64,000 nucleotides of DNA from Octopus bimaculoides (taxonomy: Eukaryota), in assembly GCF_001194135.2 (NCBI RefSeq), contig NC_068991.1:51540621-51604620 (forward strand), given 5' to 3'. Positions 50,303 through 62,664 of this stretch are shown one piece after another. The number at the start of each line of letters is the position of its first letter. The stretch's first letter is position 1. The position numbers and the translations under genes are program-made. The notes beneath the pieces were generated by a model. That model saw only the letters and a list, made by a program, of their open reading frames with translations, had not been told where the DNA came from and did not search any database.

Positions 50303-50745
50303 NNNNNNNNNNNNNNNNNNNNNNNNNNNNNNNNNNNNNNNNNNNNNNNNNNNNNNNNNNNNNNNNNNNNNNNNNNNNNNNNNNNNNNNNNNNNNNNNNN
50401 NNNNNNNNNNNNNNNNNNNNNNNNNNNNNNNNNNNNNNNNNNNNNNNNNNNNNNNNNNNNNNNNNNNNNNNNNNNNNNNNNNNNNNNNNNNNNNNNNNNN
50501 NNNNNNNNNNNNNNNNNNNNNNNNNNNNNNNNNNNNNNNNNNNNNNNNNNNNNNNNNNNNNNNNNNNNNNNNNNNNNNNNNNNNNNNNNNNNNNNNNNNN
50601 NNNNNNNNNNNNNNNNNNNNNNNNNNNNNNNNNNNNNNNNNNNNNNNNNNNNNNNNNNNNNNNNNNNNNNNNNNNNNNNNNNNNNNNNNNNNNNNNNNNN
50701 NNNNNNNNNNNNNNNNNNNNNNNNNNNNNNNNNNNNNNNNNNNNN
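50303..50745. other. Assembly gap
   Basis: N bases. Confidence 1.
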
Positions 50746-50759
50746 TATATATATATATA

Positions 50760-50922
50760 TGACAGGCTACTTTCAACTTCCATTTACCAAATCCACTCAT
50801 GAGGCTTTGATCAGCCTGAGGCTATAGTAGAAGACATTTGCCCAACATGTCATGCAGTGGGACTGAACCTAGAACCATGAGGTTGGGAAGCAAGCTTCTT
50901 AGCACACAGCCACGCCTGTGCC
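50760..50922 (-). mobile_element. SINE family A, 5' part
   Basis: Reverse complement of GGCGTGGCTGTGTGCTAAGAAGCTTGCTTCCCAACC. Confidence 0.8.
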
Positions 50923-51375
50923 TATGTATAAATGATTTTCAGACATTGTGAAATAGCCTTTTTGTTCTTTTAGTCAGACTCCACAAGTAATAGGTATAGG
51001 TAATGTACAAGTGTATATCCAATTTTTCAAGGTGTTGAAGAGATGTCTCTTCCTTAAATAGCAAGCACCGTAAATGTACATTAATAATACATTTTCTCTG
51101 TTCTATACAGCAGTAAAATGCACCTATCAATGACACTAAATATTGCAGTGAAGTAAAATGAGTCATGGGAAGACATCTTTGTCACACACTCATGACAGGA
51201 CATGAAGAATTACGCAGTCACAACTTCACCAAAATATTTTTTAAATAAGCAAAAGTAAAATGAAAATGTTCTTTTTAATAAATCAGGTTTGCATTAATGC
51301 TTTCATAGAAAATATTTTAAGACAAAATAACAGAGGATCAGAACCCATGATTAAGAAGAATAAAATGATACTCAC

Positions 51376-51516
51376 TTATACAGGAAGACGAAAAAGAAAA
51401 CTAAATGAAACACTAATTTTATAAGACATTCTCTCATGCAGTTCTTAAGTTGCTGTCTGTTGTGAATTTCGGCTGGATCATACATTCCAATATTTCCAGA
51501 AGGTATGCAAACAAAT
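51376..51516 (-). CDS. CNIH4: CNIH4 exon 4 ([46 protein letters not shown])
   Basis: TTTCAG acceptor, GTGAGT donor, 141 nt, phase 2/2; PSGN.G..DP.EIHNR.QLK is characteristic of CNIH4. Confidence 0.97.
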
Positions 51517-51984
51517 CTGAAATTGAGAAAATATTTTTCGAAATCAAACACTGAAGGATGAGGAGTTCAGTTCCAATATTACAGATTAAACCTTTCGTTA
51601 CTCTAGTTATGATGAGATATGCTGCCTTATTTTAATTCATTTGAAAAGCAATTAAGAATTTATTGGAATAACTTTGTCATTAATAAACTGGTGCTTGTAA
51701 TATATATTAACATGAAATTTTAAATGGAAAATTTTAATTCAGATCACTTTAAGACGGGGTATTTGTATCATAGAACCCTTGGCTTTAAGTGTGTTGATAT
51801 CATTTGTGAGAGAACTAACTCCTATTAAAGAAGTTCATCGAAACAGATTAAAATTAATGTAATTTAGAAAAAATGATATTAACGTAATTAGTAAAATAGG
51901 GGTGTCAGAAAAGAGGTAATAATTTTTTTTTTTATTGATAGAGAGAAAAGATATTTAAATAATAATGTACAGGTGAGGGGTTAA

Positions 51985-52162
51985 ATTGATTACATCACCC
52001 CCCCCCCCCCTCTAGTATTCAACTGGTACTAATTTTATTGACCACATAAGGATGAAAGGCAAAATCAACCTCAGCGGAATTCAGACTCAGAATGTAAAGA
52101 TGGATGAAATGCCACTAAGCATTTTGCTCAGTGTGTTAATGGTTCTGCCAGCTCACCACCTT
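51985..52162 (-). mobile_element. SINE family B
   Basis: Reverse complement of the 2712 family. Confidence 0.75.
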
Positions 52163-52197
52163 AGTTAAGAATATAAATATTATAGTATAATCAAGAT

Positions 52198-52684
52198 TAT
52201 TTACAATGGACGGATAGGTGTCCTCACTTTGTTTGTTGTCGTTTCAGCTGATGTACTCTCCAGCCTTCATCAGGTGTTCTGGTGGAATTTCAAACCCAAC
52301 CCTTTATTCGACTAATGAGGTACACCGTTCTCATTCCTAAGATATGTTGCTGATGTTATTTTTCTGTTGATATTACTTTCTTTTTCAAGTCCCTGCCTGG
52401 GATTGAACTTAGAATCTGAGGATTGGTAGCCCACGCTCTTATCCACTATGCTATATGCCCACAGGCATATAATATCAACAGAAAAATAACATCAGCAACA
52501 TACCTTAGGAATGAGAACAGTGTACCTTATTAGTCAAATAAAGGGTTGGGTTTGAAATTCCACCAGAACACCTGATGAAGGCTGGAGAGTACATCAGCCG
52601 AAACATTGTGATAACAAACAAGGCAAGGACACCTATTCATCCATTGTAAATAATGTACACAATTACTTGTCTCAAAAATATAGA
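52198..52684. mobile_element. Non-autonomous Penelope-derived element: tRNA head plus hammerhead, in an inverted pair
   Basis: 52200-52375 is inverted at 52470-52655; tRNA-like head 52390-52460 (-); hammerhead cores at 52236-52280 (-) and 52567-52610 (+); flanks ATAGTATAATCAAGAT / ATAGTGTAATCAAGAT (15/16). Confidence 0.8.
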
Positions 52685-53207
52685 ATAGTGTAATCAAGAT
52701 AACTTGAAAGTTGTCGTATAATCAAAGCGAACATTGGGAGCAGAAAAATTAATTCAATAATCATCCAGTTCACCTCAATCAACTGATATACTTTCAAGAA
52801 ATTTAATTAATACTTTACAAGTAATATAAGAATTTTGTATGCTTTTATACTGTTTGGTTGAAGGCCAAAGCCCATAACACCCTTCACTACCTTCATATCC
52901 ATCCAAGCTTCCTCCACTTAGAGATAATCTTGAAGAAATGTGGATGGATGTATGAATATATACATATATATAAGCCATCCTTTATAAATAGTTTATTTAC
53001 CTCTGAAAATATTATACAGATGAAAGACATAAATATTGGCCAGACTGAGTTTAAATGGGACAAGAAAGTTTCATGGTAAATATAATAGATTAATATGAAT
53101 ACAAAATTTACATGGGAACTTGTGAAAAATACATGAAAATAGGTTAAACTGTAGAAGCATTCATGTTTAAGTTGTACAAATGGGAAAAAGTGTAAAAGAT
53201 ATCTCAC

Positions 53208-53320
53208 GTGTAAATCACCCAAGCAGTCATTGCAGAATAGAGACAAAATAAAATCCAGTGGCCAGAGATTATTAAACTGAATGATACCAAACCATGGGCA
53301 ACTATTTCTGGTAACACCCA
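53208..53320 (-). CDS. CNIH4: CNIH4 exon 3 (WVLPEIVAHGLVSFSLIISGHWILFCLYSAMTAWVIYT)
   Basis: TTCTTCTTTAG acceptor, GTGAGA donor, 113 nt; aligns to WVIPELIGH...HWFIF...ATWNIYR. Confidence 0.95.
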
Positions 53321-53342
53321 CTAAAGAAGAAAAACAAAGAAA

Positions 53343-53750
53343 GTTTATGTATTTGTTTTGCAAGATTCCTGATGTGAAATCGGGTGTTGAAACAGATATT
53401 GTTATATTTCGGGATGGTCATTTTTCTCTTTGTTAAATAAACACTCATACACTATATAGTTGTTCTCCATTTCAGCTTTATTATTTTTATTTTAGTGTCC
53501 CTTGTCTGATATCTTTCATCACATCCTATGACCTCTTCAGTGATTCTTCATTCCATGTGTCTCCTTCTGTTCTGTTTGAAATCTTTCATGAAATAGAACA
53601 GAAGGAAACACATGGGATGGAGAGTCACTGAAGAGCTCAGAGGACATGTGATGAGAGATTTTAGACAAAGGACACTAAAAATAAGAACAATAATAAAGAA
53701 GAACAAACATTTGGCAAATAAAAAAAAGACCATCCTGAAAAATAACAAAG
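53343..53750. mobile_element. Foldback MITE
   Basis: 53397-53575 is inverted at 53590-53748; same family as 40601-40985. Confidence 0.75.
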
Positions 53751-54667
53751 GAAGTTTAGTTTACAATATATTTAATAAATTCATATTTTGATAATATTGA
53801 CATCTTGTCACATAGTATGTACATAAAATTACAGTTCTGTAGCAGTAATCAAATCATAAAATTCTTATGCAATAAAATCATCAATTATACACCAAATATT
53901 GCATTGATACATTCAACAGAGTCGTGGTAAGATGAAGTGAGATCAACGGGTATTAAATATTGTTCTTGGTCAATCTGGTTTCTGGAAAGAAAGAAATACA
54001 TCTTCTAGGGATGAATTTTTAGTTATGCTAGAAAATATATCAAACGCATACAGTATATACCTGCCTTCAGTAAATTTGGATTTACAAACAGGATAAAATC
54101 CTGGTTGTTATTAGATCTCCACTTCACAAAAGATCTCATTATTAATGTAAATATGACTGCTTGTCCTAACCATGACATAGATAAACTCATGAAAATAATA
54201 AAACAAGATGCTTCAAATACAGCACCTCACGAGATGCAAAGTTAACTTTGTTGAGCCTAAATTTTAACAAATTTCACTAGAAATCAACTGAAATAAAATT
54301 CTTCAAATGTATTTGGAAAAAGTTTTTTCTCCGCGGAAAATAACAGCAGCAAACTGAAACTGTTTAAGAGAAAAATTGTAGGAGACACTTTTACATGAAT
54401 TCTACAATAACAAACTGGTGTTACTCTTAAACTCTACCTTATGGTGTCACAAGTATGACGATGGTTACAAATGAAATATTGTTACGCTTGAGAAATTAAG
54501 CATAAAAAGTTTTGATTAAGAAAGTAAATTTCAATTTTTTCGCGAAATTCTTATTTGACTTGGTTGAAAACAAACAGGTACTGAGGCAGGGGAGATAACT
54601 TTCGACTAAACCTAACAAAAGAAAATCGAAATAGTTTCACTTCGTAAAATCTATAAGTATGACTTAC

Positions 54668-54736
54668 CTTGTTTAATTTTCCACAACACGATCTTGCATT
54701 TAAATAATCACATTCTAAATCTGAGAGTGTGATAAC
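54668..54736 (-). CDS. CNIH4: CNIH4 exon 2 ([23 protein letters not shown])
   Basis: Cornichon signature SDLECDY.NARSCC.KLN; GTAAGT donor; 69 nt. Confidence 0.98.
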
Positions 54737-57242
54737 CTGACAATGAAGGAGAAATAACGCCAAAATATTCTACATACATAGGTATCAACAGCAAAATAAT
54801 GGACAAATATATAAACTGAAAACGGTTCAGCGGTTGATCTTTCAGACAGATTTTGAAGTATTTTGTGCCATATAGTTGTAAAATTATGATAGTGTAGTAT
54901 CTTTAACAAAAAAAAATATTGCTTTCAAAACTTCACACCTTGTGGTGGATACCTTATTTAAATAGATTCATTAAAATATTTCGTTTTTATAAGATTTTGA
55001 GTCATATAAAAATAGTTACAACGAGATATCAGCTTCTAAGTAACATCCTATTGGGTATGTCATGTGTTGAAAGGAGTTAAATAAGCGTACAATAGAGTTT
55101 TATCAATTTTCAGAAGTTGTAAAAACACTTTATACAAATATTGAAGCAGGTGTATGGATCAGTACATTGTTGACAGTGCGGAAATCTTGCTCGTAATTCT
55201 ACGGTTTACATCAGCCAACTCATTTGTGGCTATTGCAGACGTTAAATTCAGCATTGGTAATTCCATTGTTGAATGTTTTGGTTTCTTTCTTTTAATTATT
55301 TTTTTTTTTAAGTAAGCCTAAGTAATTAATGATATGGCAGTATGGTTGAGCCACCAAAGATGTGTGAAATAAAAGACCAGTTACTTGAAAAACAGCTAAG
55401 AATTAGTGATAGGAAGAGCATCCAGCTATAAAACGAGGTTCCAGCAATATATCTATCTAACCCAAGCAGGCATGGAAAACAGATGAAAATGAACAAGTGA
55501 AGAACACATCGTACATCAACAAGGATGGTTCATGTCGGAAATGAATGCTACAGGTTGTTTTAAAGTGTTTACAATTTTGTTTCTTTGAACTGCAACCAAG
55601 ATACTCTTCCTCCATTAGTTCTCTACATTGGAACATCGGAAGAAATCAATTTCTGTGCATAAAAATGACTTGAAAGATTCACAAGTTGAGCCAATGCAAG
55701 AAAGACTCTGTGTGTGTGTGTGTGTGTGTGTGGTATCCAACTCTTCCAAAAAAAAAAAAAAAAAATCTGTTGTCATTGAATGTGGGAGAAGAGTCTTGAG
55801 TCTTGACATATTAGTGATAGAATAAGGGAGCAACTCTATGGATACCCTGTGACAAAGGAAGCAGAATAGATCGTTTACAAACAATAGATTAGTTACTTTA
55901 TACACTTTGACTCTAAACTGTCAAGTCCTCAAACTGAAAAATATTGTCTCAGTAGATAATAGAGCCATCACATCTTTAAAATTTCATCCACATTAGTTTG
56001 ACTTCTGGTTAGTCACTGTATCTTCACACTCTAGTACACACATTGCCACTGGAACCAAAATAATGTGGTTTTGATTAGATTTGCTAGTGCCTCCTTCACT
56101 CAAATTAACCTCTTTGTAGTAATATCTGACAGTTCTTCCATTTGTAGATATGGTGCAGTCTACATGCTTTTAGTAAAACTACATACAGACTTTATGAACT
56201 CTAAAATAATTTAGGGGTTATAATACTAGAGGGAGAAAGCCTTTACACATACAAGAAACTGCAACCAAATCTTCTTCAAATACCACCCTACTATCTTAAA
56301 AATAGTTCGATATAGAGGATATAGGTTTGACAACTAAATGACAATTTCAACTAAGTTTGCTTTCGTCCAGTTTCAGTGCAGTTAGAACTATGCTGTTCGT
56401 TTTAGTTAGAGTGTTTATAAGCACGTTAGGCTTGGATAGCATGTGGAGGGTGAACCATTATATAGAATATTGCATAATTTTACACAAGGACGCTGAAGCT
56501 TTTCAATATTTGAAAGCAAATACAATTGATTTTCAGTGAGTTCACTAAGATCTAGCATTAGAGAGCGTGAAGGTATAAAGCATTTATTTTAGTCACCGAA
56601 AGAAAAAAATTCAATGGAATCAACTAGTATGCCTAAAGTAACTTTTAAACATTTTGTAGAATAAAAACAATGATTTAATTTGCAGTGCGCTTACACAGGC
56701 AATAAATTCACGTATTATCAATATAGAATTGATAAGTTTCCATTAATCATTAAAAATAGTTGAAAATTTATATTTCCCAGAACTAAAGAAGGGGTAGCTT
56801 AATATCAATTGTGATAAGAAAGGACACAAGTCTATCGCAAGTGATTTTACCCTGATAGCGGTTTCTCCCGCCAAGTAGAATTACTTTTCCATGAACACAA
56901 ATACCAAATACTGGAATTTTTTTCTTACGAAACAACTGAATCCCCACTACAACTCTTCATTCGGTCCTTGGAATTAACGATTAAATAAATCGGAAGCACA
57001 TAATGTTACAATCAATTCAAGACGAAAGATTTTGTTTACTCGAGATGATTAAAACAGTTGTAGGAAACCTGTGTAAAATCTCAATTCATACAATGTTTAT
57101 ATGAAAAACAGCTCGCATCGTATCTAATGACATTTCTTCGAGGAATACGTCAATTAACTTATATACAATGTAAAATAATACCCACAAATAAAACAGTATG
57201 AAAAGTTAATAAATTTAACATCAATATAACAACTACAAAATA

Positions 57243-57290
<48 letters not shown>

Positions 57291-57487
57291 ATAAAATATC
57301 AGCAGGGAGTTACGAAATAATCGATCTATTAGAAGATTCCGCCGAATGTTTTTACGAGTGCGACCAGAAATACATTGGCAGTTTCGGTGAATTTAAAAAA
57401 TTAACGTAGAATAAACTTTAAAACAAGGAAATTTAAGATATAAGAAACTATGTGAAGTAAAGAGTAAGTGTGTATTTAAAAGGATAC

Positions 57488-57562
57488 AAAATAAACTGTT
57501 AACGAGAGTAAAAGAGCGTCATCGATGAGAGCAAAGATAAAAACAAGCGAGTCCGCCACCAT
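57488..57562 (-). CDS. CNIH4: CNIH4 exon 1 (MVADSLVFIFALIDDALLLSLTVYF)
   Basis: CAAAATGG start context; aligns to MEAVVFVFSLLDCCALIFLSVYF; donor GTATCCTT in phase 0. Confidence 0.93.
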
Positions 57563-57721
57563 TTTGTCAATTTGGTCCGAAATCACGCAGACGAGCGAGA
57601 TTTCAAATGAAAGCTTGAACGAGATTTTGATATTTATGCTGGAAGAAATAAACTAATTTCAGTGATTTAAAAGACTTTTTCGTGTCAGTTTATTTATATT
57701 GATTTCAAATTTTTTTTAACA

Positions 57722-57855
57722 TAAGGCCAGCAAGTTCGGAGGAGTAGATAAGTCGATTATATCGACTCCAGTGCTCAACTGGTACTTATTTTATCGATCC
57801 CGAAAGGATGAATGGCAAAGTGGACGTAAAGACGGACGAAATACCGCCTAGCATT
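57722..57855 (-). mobile_element. SINE family B, partial, upstream of the CNIH4 start
   Basis: GAAAGGATGAATGGCAAAGT and ACGAAATACCGC motifs. Confidence 0.7.
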
Positions 57856-58644
57856 TTATACAGATTTCCTACAACTCGCGGCCCTTCAGTTTATTAATAT
57901 ATATTGAAAATGAAATAGTGTTGGCTGTGGTACTGCCAACCTGTGAGAAAATTCATTTAAATAAAGTAATTCCTTGGTAGTAAAAAAAACTGGGTATCAT
58001 TGCTGCCCAGCTGACTATTTCTTCATTTTTAAAGATTCAAAGATATATAACGGGGTATTTGGACAAACATTATGCATTCGGATGATGTAATATGAGGCTA
58101 GTTTTATCCCTGGTTCAATATTATAACTTAGATTTGCGCTTGTATTGTATATTTTTAGGGAAATATGCTCCTCTGGTTATTTGTCCTACTTTAGTGTGAC
58201 TTAACTAAAAGGCCACCAGGAAGAAAGTTAAACTACCTAAGGTGGTGTTAAGTGCAGCAATAAAAATCATGCAATCATTTTAAAGTTTTTAAGTTTGTAT
58301 CTGTTACCATTTTATTCTATCTTTTTCCTTATCTTATACTTTATATAGAGTTAAACTTAAAAGAAAAGCTATACTGCCACAAAATGGACAGTGGATGTAA
58401 AATGGATTGTATCTTATTTAGGTAACGGCCTTCAAATAAAAGAAGTTGTAGGACTTGTAGAATCATTGTGTGGGTGTGTGTGTATGTATGTATGTAGGTA
58501 GGTAGGTTGGTAATATATACACACACACACACACATTTGTATTTGATTATACACCTCTAAAATGAGTTTTTGATGGATAAATAGCTTGGTAACAGAAGAA
58601 TTTGCTGATTGACTTCATACCACATTGTTTATTACTATACATAA

Positions 58645-58857
58645 GGCAGAATATTGGCTGAATCATTAGCATGCTGGACAAAATGCTTGTTGGCATTTCA
58701 TGTCTTTACATTCTGAGTTCAACTTCCGTTGATGTCAACTTTGCCTTTCATCCTTTCAGGGTTTATGAAATGAGTATCAGTTGGGCATTGGGGTTGATGT
58801 AATTGATTAGCCCCCTCACCACAAAATGCAGGCCTTATGCCTATAGTAGAAAGGATT
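58645..58857 (+). mobile_element. SINE family B
   Basis: TTCTGAGTTCAACTTCC...TTTGCCTTTCATCCTTTC...TAGTAGAAAGGATTAT. Confidence 0.75.
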
Positions 58858-58879
58858 ATAATACATTTATATGATTATG

Positions 58880-59400
58880 GCACATTTTAGAACATCCCAC
58901 TACTGAGTGAAGACCCATGTCTAAAAAAGTATTCGAAACCCATAAAATAATAAAAAGCAAGAGGCAACCCAAGTCCCTATAAAACTTACTCACCAATGCA
59001 GATTTACCCTACACAAGCCTAACACCTACCGTCAAAAAATGTGGTTGCTCTAACTGCAAGACTTGCATCCACCTCATTGAAGGAACAATATACAAATTCC
59101 AGTCAGGACACACTTTTGTCGTAAAAAATAACCTCACCTACGCATCAAAAAATTTACTTTATGCCATTAGGTGTGAAGGGTGCCACAAAAACTGCATAGA
59201 GCAGACTAGTCTTACCCTCAGAGATTGGATGACAGTCCACCGTCAACAATTGAAAGACCCCATCACAAGACAGATATCACTTAGATTTCTGTGAACAAAA
59301 CTAGTCTCCCAAATTCCTAGTTTTCCCACTGTACCAATGCCCAAACACGAGTAAATAAGGAAAATATACTTATTCAAAATACAGACCACAACTCAATATA
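58880..59400 (+). mobile_element. Neptune-type Penelope GIY-YIG fragment
   Basis: KRQPKSL...KCGCSNCKTC...SKNLLYAIRCEGC...QTSLTLRDWMTVHRQQL. Confidence 0.8.
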
Positions 59401-59409
59401 CTTTAACAT

Positions 59410-59745
59410 ACCCCCCAGGTACACATCCACAACAAACACACACATACAAATACAATGCAAACCTCCCACACAAACACACACACATATATACACACATGCA
59501 CAAACACAATATCCCCACACTTGAGCACAAACCCACATACATATATACACATGCAATACAATTCTAGCAATCACAACCAATACTCACACACACATACACA
59601 TATATGTAAATACATACATGCACACACCAACACACACTGCCCTGACACACTCACACAAACACACCCACACAGATACACACACAAACACGCAAATACAACA
59701 CAACCCACCCACACACACACTCAAAGAAAATACACACACATATAA
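59410..59745. repeat. Degenerate CA-rich low-complexity tract
   Basis: Direct reading; explains the Thr/His-rich ORFs. Confidence 0.85.
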
Positions 59746-60297
59746 TTAGAGTTTGAACATTACCAAAATTACTAGAATTAAATTTAGACAAGAATTTGTA
59801 AGACTGGAAAATTATTAGTGAATCTGTTTTAGGATTGTCATTATTAGTAAGTTGTGATTCATTGAATGGATGGAAGTAAGTTTTTAGAGTTAAGTTGAAT
59901 GTAGGAGTTAAATAAAGCGACAAGACATTTGTGGTAAGGATAACATTTTTAATACGAATAATCCGCAAAAGTTTTTTGATATAAACCAAGTCACAGAGCA
60001 AGTAGTCTTTAGAAGATCTTCCTAAAATCAAAGATCCAATAAACACTGATGAATTTAATGAGAAAAAATGGAATAAAGATGGGAGATAAATTAAAAGAGA
60101 AAGATGTAAACAATCGATAATAAAAACTGTTGAACTTTCAGTTAAAAGATTTTAAGATATAGTCGAAATATTGGGAATTGCTACTTAAGAGGAGAGCATG
60201 TTATTTAGGGGAGAGAATCACTTCTAAGTTTAAAAAAATTTTTTTTTTTATTAATGTTAGGAAATCATTATCAAAGAGTGAAAAGAAGGTATTCCAT

Positions 60298-60404
60298 TTA
60301 TACAGGCAGCAAGTTCTGAAGGTCAGCAACAACATAAGCCACTACAGCCCATACTGCAGCACACAAGTTCATTTGATGAGGATCTTGTACAGTTATTGTA
60401 TCCG
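60298..60404 (-). CDS. CPQ: CPQ last coding exon (A|DTITVQDPHQMNLCAAVWAVVAYVVADLQNLLPV*)
   Basis: ATACAG acceptor in phase 1; matches human DTMTVMDPKQMNVAAAVWAVVSYVVADMEEMLPRS; TAA stop; AATAAA at 60252-60247. Confidence 0.95.
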
Positions 60405-60544
60405 CTGTATTATGAAAAGAAATAGAAAAAGATATTAAAAATGAGGATCTTGTTAGAAGTAAAAACTACGAACAACAATTATTGTTACTGTTTAGTAACA
60501 AGTTAATTCTTAGCTGAGAAGAACTATGGTTAAAAGTATTCTGG

Positions 60545-60957
60545 CCATCTCTTTTACTCTTTTACTTGTTTCAGTCATTTGACTGCGGCCATGCTGGAGC
60601 ACCACCTTTAGTCGAGCAAATCGCCCCGGGACTTATTCTCTGTAAGCCTAGTACTTATTCTATCAGTCTCTTTTGCCAAACTGCTAAGTGACGGGGACAT
60701 AAACACACCAGCATCGGTTGTCAAGCAATGCTAGGGGAACAAACACAGACACACAAACACACACACATATATATATATATATACACATATATACGACGAG
60801 CTTCTTTCAGTTTCCGTCTACCAAATCCACTCACAAGGCTTTGGTCGGCCCGAGGTTATAGTAGAAGACACTTGCCCAAGATGCCATGCAGTGGGACTGA
60901 ACCCAGAACCATGTGGTTGGTAAGCAAGCTACTTACCACACAGCCACTCCTGCGCCT
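60545..60957 (-). mobile_element. SINE family A, full length
   Basis: Head GGCGCAGGAGTGGCTGTGTGGTAAG (A box), GGGTTCAGTCCC (B box), (TG/TA)n core and tail. Confidence 0.9.
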
Positions 60958-61127
60958 AGTTAGTTTTTTTCTATGATTACTCTGTTCAAGATGGTAAGAT
61001 GCAGTTTGAGGGAGACTTAGATACTATTTCCAGCAGGTTGAGTAGTTGCACCAGAGGATCTCACACTGGTTCCTTATAAACAACTTCAACCTTTGTTTTT
61101 ATGGTGTATATGTGTATGTTAATGAGT

Positions 61128-62245
61128 ATCATCATCATCATCATCATCGTTTAACGTCCGCTTTCCATGCTAGCATGGGTTGGATGATTTGACTGAGGAC
61201 TGGTGAAACCGGATGGCAACACCAGGCTCCAATCTAACTTGGCAGAGTTTCTACAGCTGGATGCCCTTCCTAACGCCAACCACTCAGAGAGTGTAGTGGG
61301 TGCTTTTACGTGTCACCCGCACGAAAACGGCCACGCTCGAAATGGTGTCTTTTATGTGCCACCCGCACANNNNNNNNNNNNNNNNNNNNNNNNNNNNNNN
61401 NNNNNNNNNNNNNNNNNNNNNNNNNNNNNNNNNNNNNNNNNNNNNNNNNNNNNNNNNNNNNNNNNNNNNNNNNNNNNNNNNNNNNNNNNNNNNNNNNNNN
61501 NNNNNNNNNNNNNNNNNNNNNNNNNNNNNNNNNNNNNNNNNNNNNNNNNNNNNNNNNNNNNNNNNNNNNNNNNNNNNNNNNNNNNNNNNNNNNNNNNNNN
61601 NNNNNNNNNNNNNNNNNNNNNNNNNNNNNNNNNNNNNNNNNNNNNNNNNNNNNNNNNNNNNNNNNNNNNNNNNNNNNNNNNNNNNNNNNNNNNNNNNNNN
61701 NNNNNNNNNNNNNNNNNNNNNNNNNNNNNNNNNNNNNNNNNNNNNNNNNNNNNNNNNNNNNNNNNNNNNNNNNNNNNNNNNNNNNNNNNNNNNNNNNNNN
61801 NNNNNNNNNNNNNNNNNNNNNNNNNNNNNNNNNNNNNNNNNNNNNNNNNCATACAGTCTGCCTTTTACTCTGAGTGAGAGTCCCTTTGTCGCCAGCAGGG
61901 GTAAGAGCTCTCTAAACTTTGCCCAGGCTATTCTTATTCTAGCAGCTACACTTTCAGCGCACCCACTCCCACTACTAACTTGGTCGCCCAGATAGCGGAA
62001 GCTATCGACTACCTCTAGTTTTTCACCCTGGAATGAGATAGAAGTTGTTTCCTGTTTGTTTACAGTCTTTATTGCACCTGAACATCTGCCACAAACAAAA
62101 ACTAACTTGCTAGTTAACCTGCCTTTGATGTTGCTGCACCTCTTATGTGTCCATAGCTTGCACCGGGTACATCTTATAGAGTTACTACCTACTCCTTTTC
62201 TACATACTGAGCAGGGCCATCTACCTGAAGGGGTTTGTATGTAAA
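61128..62245 (-). mobile_element. Young 5'-truncated RTE LINE (contains gap 61370-61849)
   Basis: Uninterrupted frame SGRWPCSVC...LEVVDSFRYLGDQV...RIRIAWAKFRELLPLL; 3' UTR with (GAT)n tail. Confidence 0.93.
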
Positions 62246-62664
62246 TGAGTGTGTATGTGTATGAGTACATAAGTGTATGAGTATATATAAATGTGTGCAT
62301 ACAGGCATACGTTTGTTAGTTTGTTTTAGTCATTGAGACTGAGGTCAAGCTGGAGCACTGCCTCTTGGGGAGATAAAATAAGGTGAAACAGAAAGGGTTG
62401 GAGAGAAAGAGGGAGAGAGATGGAAAATTTGAGAGCTTAACAATTCCAATACTCTTTGACCAGACCTCGTATAAAGCATATATAACATTATTCCAGATAT
62501 TTCAATGTTCTTTTATTCTTCAGATACTTTAAATTTTTAACCTCAAGTGGATTTCTAATTATAATTAGGAATTGATAATTATTAATCCAATCTAACAAGC
62601 TAGTTTTAGTCTTACTCTGTGTTTTCTCAAGACGTTTCTTAAAAAAACAGAAAACATAGGTACA

